Positions 28,181 to 32,384 of a stretch of DNA of 32,384 nucleotides are shown one piece after another; within the stretch, counting starts at the first letter, position 1, and each line of letters starts with the position of its first letter. The position numbers and the translations under genes are program-made. The notes under the pieces are model-generated. The model did no database searches and had not been told where the DNA came from. It saw only the letters and a program-made list of their open reading frames with translations. The DNA comes from Candidatus Helarchaeota archaeon (GTDB lineage Archaea; Asgardarchaeota; Lokiarchaeia; Helarchaeales; RDOG01): contig JALGVI010000031.1 in assembly GCA_029838215.1 (NCBI GenBank), positions 1 to 32,384 on the forward strand, in the 5' to 3' direction.

Positions 28181-29401
28181 TTATAGGAAGAAATTCTCCA
28201 ACCATGGATAAAGTTTTTCAGAAAATCCCTTGGTTTCAATGATTTTGTTTTCATCATCCGTGAGAATTCCGATGTAATAATTGTTTTCGAGGATGGGAAC
28301 CCTAAGTATGATGAATGTTTTATCGTCAGGCAAAACGTGGAATGATAACTTATCAGTTTCAAGCTTTCCAATAGCAGCCGTGTTTTCAAGCGTTTGACAA
28401 AACGTAGAAGAAATCATTGTTAGATTATAAAGTCGTTCGAATGCAATATCATCTTCAGAATGGCTCGAGATTTCGAACCCAAATTCATCAATCAGAACGA
28501 TTTGTTCCACGCCAATCTGGTCTCCAAACTCCCGTATGATGCCATTAATGATCTTATCATGGCTAGATATCATGTTTAATCCTTCGGAAAATGCCTTGAA
28601 TATCGTTGATGTCTCAAAAATGCTCGTCTCGAAGATCCTGTACTTTAAATCAGGGAATTTTTCAAGAATCTGTCGAAATTCCAATTTTATTGCAGATGTA
28701 ATCAAGTCAGAAACATCAGGGTCCATTTTATGAAGCAAAACCATTATAATGGGCGTTTCGTTCAGATAATTTATCATTGAAAGAACCTTTTCGAAGTATT
28801 CCAGTGCTTCCAAGTATCGTTCTTTGTCCTGCACGTCAAGCATGAAGTATATAATGTCTGTTTGAACAAAAAAATATTCGGGTTTTTCCAGATATTGCAT
28901 TCTGTAATCCTTCTGACCACCCATATCCCAAATGGAGAATTCGAAGTTATGAAAATGAAAATTTTCTCTTTTTACACCTTTTGTCGGTTTCAGCCCGAGT
29001 ATGGTTTTTGAGAGTCTTCTGAAAGATCCTTTTGGATTATTCCGAATTATTTCTAGAGTTGCAGATTTTCCAGCGTTATCAAGCCCGACCACTAGTATTT
29101 TCTTTCCAGTTATTGCTTCTACTTTAGTTGCCCTTGCTGCAATACGTGCTGCTGCAATCCAACGTTCAAGTTTTCTCAAATCAATTCCTAAATCTGAAGG
29201 TAAATTCTTCAAATCCACGTCTGCCAAATTTGCAATGGTCTTTACATTCAGTTTTTCATCCAAGTTAAATGCATCGCCCTTGTCAACGTCTTTAAGTGTC
29301 CAGACAGGTAGGTTCAAGAGCTCTTTAATGGTTTTTGGTTCTTTTGGAACGTCTATTATGGAAGAAAGTTGTTTTAAAATATATTTTGTTGAATCATTCA
29401 T
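28181..29401 (-). CDS. Rag/Gtr-like GTPase with N-terminal HhH-like domain and C-terminal roadblock-like domain
   Basis: GLDNAGKS, KPTKG, WDMGGQ, HKMD (as in RagA/Gtr1), TSIFE. The C-terminal GVEQIVLIDEFGFEISS fits a roadblock pattern. Confidence 0.87.
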   Translation of the reverse strand: MNDSTKYILKQLSSIIDVPKEPKTIKELLNLPVWTLKDVDKGDAFNLDEKLNVKTIANLADVDLKNLPSDLGIDLRKLERWIAAARIAARATKVEAITGKKILVVGLDNAGKSATLEIIRNNPKGSFRRLSKTILGLKPTKGVKRENFHFHNFEFSIWDMGGQKDYRMQYLEKPEYFFVQTDIIYFMLDVQDKERYLEALEYFEKVLSMINYLNETPIIMVLLHKMDPDVSDLITSAIKLEFRQILEKFPDLKYRIFETSIFETSTIFKAFSEGLNMISSHDKIINGIIREFGDQIGVEQIVLIDEFGFEISSHSEDDIAFERLYNLTMISSTFCQTLENTAAIGKLETDKLSFHVLPDDKTFIILRVPILENNYYIGILTDDENKIIETKGFSEKLYPWLENFFL

Positions 29402-29477
29402 GATTTATCCCCCGTTTTATGATATCGAATTTTTTTTCTTCTTAATTTATTGAAGATAATTCATTTTACCTCCATTT

Positions 29478-29984
29478 CTAATTATCCCAGGAAATCCACT
29501 CCCGAGTTTTCGTATTGGGAAATTTTGTAAACTTGAATAGCCGTTTAACCTCTGTTTCTAAAGCGGATTTATATTTATCATGCAATTTCATGTAATTGGA
29601 CTTATGCTTGTTGATGATTTTTTCAATCTCTGGAGCGAATTCATGAAAATCACTAATTCGATTAGTATTGAGCTTGCTTGCAAATCTTTCATTAAATGTT
29701 CGTGAGATTTCGCTTAATATTTTGGTAATGAAACGGCGATCCGCTTCAATAGACGCAACGACCGCAACAAAATATTCGTTGAAAAACTTCAAGGTAATTC
29801 TTTTATTCTGAAGTATGATTTCTTTGATTTTTTCACCCATTGTCTCTCGAATTATGGAAGACAAGGTACTCAACAAACTTGAAGTAAGGAATTCCTTGTT
29901 ATTGAAACCCGATGAGACATTCTTTAAAGGATAGCTATACATGAGAACACCTGAATATCGTATAATATAGATTTCGCTTATCAC
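29478..29984 (-). CDS. Longin-domain protein (paralogue of 13874-14428)
   Basis: YIIRYSGVLMY...LTSSLLSTLS...GEKIKEIILQNKRI...ILSEISRTF. The GTG start overlaps the upstream stop (ATGTGA). Confidence 0.75.
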   Translation of the reverse strand: MISEIYIIRYSGVLMYSYPLKNVSSGFNNKEFLTSSLLSTLSSIIRETMGEKIKEIILQNKRITLKFFNEYFVAVVASIEADRRFITKILSEISRTFNERFASKLNTNRISDFHEFAPEIEKIINKHKSNYMKLHDKYKSALETEVKRLFKFTKFPNTKTREWISWDN

Positions 29985-30904
29985 ATGATTTCTCCTTCAT
30001 TTATGGGTATTTCATCAAAAACTACGGGTTTGGAAAGAATGCCAAAGATTTTATTCCAATAAGTTTCTATTTCCCAACTTTCATTCAGCTTGATTTTCTC
30101 GGAAACTTCTTCTAGGCATTTTTTAACTTGTAATGACTCGAAATAATTGATCATTGGCGCAATGACGGCTAACATGAATCTGCGGTGTCCGCCTCGAACA
30201 TCTTTATCAGGAACTGAGTCGAAATAGATATATCCATATTTATTGATGTTTTCAATCGGCAGGAGAAGACCTTGAGCCTTTTGCAAGTTTTGCTGCCCGT
30301 ATATTGAAGCAGTAGCAATGAAGAGTTGAGTCCCGATATTTTGAATGGAGCTTGGAAGACCCACATTAACGGGATGACATTTCTCCAATTTAGGACCAAT
30401 GGCTTCATCCCAATTAAAGAATGCTACAAAAACTTGAGATTTTTCTTTTGATGAAATCGATGGTTGTGAAGAAATCCCGAGAGATGCCATTTTTTGGCTG
30501 ATATTTCTCGCAATCGACATTATTTTGTGTTTTCGGGAGATTTTGCCCGCAATGGTCGCAAGCAAGTCCTCTTCTTTAAATGGCTTGGTTAAGTAATCAT
30601 CAATTCCGAGCAACTTGCCTATCCGAATGTCGTCAGGAGTCGCGCGGGCAGTCAGAAAAATAAATGGAATCTGATTCCACCTAATATTTTCAGAAACCGT
30701 TTTGAAGAATTCATACCCGTCCATCTCGGGCATCATTATATCGCTAATGATGAGATCCGGGAGTTGTTCCAGTTCATTAAGCTTTTTTAATGCCATTTTT
30801 CCGTTTAATGCTGTAATAACTTCATAGTCGTTAAATTCAAGCGTGACCCTGATATTTAATGCAACACCCGGATTATCTTCAACAACCATTATCAGTGGTT
30901 TCAT
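29981..30904 (-). CDS. Response regulator receiver domain fused to a longin/uDENN output domain
   Basis: VVED, IISDIMMP (phospho-Asp), FLTA and LTKPF are all intact. C-terminal FFNWDEAIGPKLEKCHP...PDKDVRGGHRRFMLAVI. GAGGT SD upstream. Confidence 0.9.
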   Translation of the reverse strand: MKPLIMVVEDNPGVALNIRVTLEFNDYEVITALNGKMALKKLNELEQLPDLIISDIMMPEMDGYEFFKTVSENIRWNQIPFIFLTARATPDDIRIGKLLGIDDYLTKPFKEEDLLATIAGKISRKHKIMSIARNISQKMASLGISSQPSISSKEKSQVFVAFFNWDEAIGPKLEKCHPVNVGLPSSIQNIGTQLFIATASIYGQQNLQKAQGLLLPIENINKYGYIYFDSVPDKDVRGGHRRFMLAVIAPMINYFESLQVKKCLEEVSEKIKLNESWEIETYWNKIFGILSKPVVFDEIPINEGEIM

Positions 30905-30947
30905 GCCCCGTACCTCAACAAAGAAATTGTTTTTCTACTCACTTAGG

Positions 30948-32384
30948 TTATATTGGAGGTTTGTCCAGTTTTGGAAGGAAAACTGAAAAGATAGAACCTT
31001 TCCCAAGTTCACTTTGTACGAAAATTTTGCCGCAATGGAGCTTGGCTAACTCTTGGGCGATGGGTAAACCTAAACCAGTCCCTGGGATTTCTGATACATC
31101 TTTGCACCGATAAAATCGCTCAAATATGTAAGGTAATTCATCTTCTCGTATTCCCATTCCATTATCAATAACTTGGATAAGAACTCCATCTAAGTTTTCT
31201 TTGTTATATTCTCCTAGATACATGTCAATAACATTAATAATAATCTTACTATTATTTGGTGAATATTTAATGGCATTATCAATTAATATTCTAAAAATCT
31301 GAGATATTTTGTGCGAATCACCCTGTAAATAAATGCTCTCATTAAGTTCTAACACGATTCTGACATTATTTTTTTGTCTCTTCGGCTCCAATTGCGTTAA
31401 GACTCTTGTGATAAGATCTAAAATGTCATACCGTTTCCATTCAAATTTTATCCTTTTTTCATCAATACTGGAAATGACAAGAAGATCTTCTATTATTTCG
31501 GTTAATATATCCGCATTTAAAGTCATTACCTTTAATAATTCACGCTTCAAACCTTCAGTCATTCGATCTTTATATTTATTCAAGTTACTAAGGGATTGAT
31601 GGATAACAGATATTGGAGTACGTAATTCGTGAGAAACGGTCGATACAAATTGCTTTCTCAAATTATCGAATTCAACAAAAGATGTAACATCGTGTAAGAT
31701 GACAATTGTATTTGGCTCATCATCACCTGTAAGCTTCAATTTTTTAAAATCAAGCTGTAAATGATATCCACGCAAGGGTTCTATTGTTGTAGTTTTAGGT
31801 GTATTCGACCCGATCTGGTTTTTGATTTCTTTAAATAAACGGCTATTCGAAATTTCTAAGATATTAATATCATCGGGTAATTCTTGCTTAAAAATTTTCT
31901 TGTAAATTTCAAGAAAGGTCTTATTTGACATTATTATTTGTCCGCTCTTGTTGATTACAAATATGCCATCGGGGATCGTTTCTAAAATTGCTTCAATTCG
32001 TTCTTTTTCTTTAGCTTCTCTCAATCGTAATTCTGCTTCTCTTTTTTCTGTAACGTCCAGAATAGTTACTAAAATGGCTTCTTCTCCTTTATAATGAATG
32101 ATTTTTGCATAAGCCTCAAACCATTTAACATCCCCAGAGCCCGAAATGGTTCTCCGAAATGGTTCTGTATGAAATATGTTGGAGCCTTTCCTTCATCTTT
32201 GATATGGAATGGGAAAATAATATATTGAGTACATGCTCCCTGTCATCGGGATGGATGATTTCAATAAACTTGTCTCTTGACCAAGTCATTATTTCTTCAA
32301 TAGAATGGTCGAAGTATTTAGATATCACCTCGTTTAAGTATTTAACACGACCACCTTGAATGATGATGACTCCAAGTATCGCCT
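30948..32384 (-). pseudogene. PAS-domain sensor histidine kinase, 5'-truncated by the window and frameshifted at 32141-32166
   Basis: H-box VSHELRTP, N-box IDNAIKYS, DNGMGI, GTGLGL. The PAS C-terminal half (GDVKWFEAY...ILDVTEKR) is in frame upstream of 32024. The PAS N-terminal half (IIHPDDRE) is in another frame that stays open to the window end. Confidence 0.88.
32141..32166. repeat. Perfect 13-bp tandem duplication CCGAAATGGTTCT x2
   Basis: Read directly. Removing one copy restores ...HISYRTISGSGDVKWFE... as a continuous frame. Confidence 0.95.

Noticed and set aside
30948-32024. Treating the 358-aa ORF as a complete kinase gene
   Set aside because: The PAS sequence continues upstream in frame and across the 13-bp duplication, so the native gene is longer.
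542-32359. Numerous 60-150 aa ORFs antisense to or nested in long genes
   Set aside because: Shadow ORFs of well-supported CDSs, with no independent motifs.
1-32384. CRISPR arrays, tRNA/rRNA, transposases, selenoprotein UGA/SECIS
   Set aside because: No repeat-spacer arrays, RNA gene signatures, transposase motifs or in-frame UGA at catalytic Cys positions were seen by eye.

Overview
AT-rich archaeal window that looks like an Asgard (Loki/Hel-type) genome. The lineage is inferred from gene content, TATA-like promoters and oligo-T terminators. Housekeeping genes (carA/carB, iorA/iorB, queE-like radical SAM, corrinoid protein, tandem flavodoxin, MBL hydrolase) are mixed with nine small GTPase genes: five Rab/Ras-like, three Rag/Gtr-like with HKxD, and one Arf-like. 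Several longin/uDENN, roadblock and V4R-like domains are also present. The main candidate system is a co-oriented minus-strand cluster at 25945-32384: PAS histidine kinase, response regulator fused to a longin/uDENN domain carrying an FLCN/SMCR8-like 'RG' arginine-finger motif, longin, Rag-like GTPase, longin-Arf fusion, second Rag-like GTPase. This suggests two-component signalling wired to a GTPase GAP module. The kinase is frameshifted by a 13-bp tandem duplication. A second module (longin, Rag-like GTPase-V4R fusion, Rab) resembles a proto-TRAPP. Two small genes missing from the ORF track (a 43-aa GPWGPW peptide and a 32-aa single-TM protein) and a junction of two truncated genes were also found. 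All family assignments come from reading motifs by eye; no searches were run.
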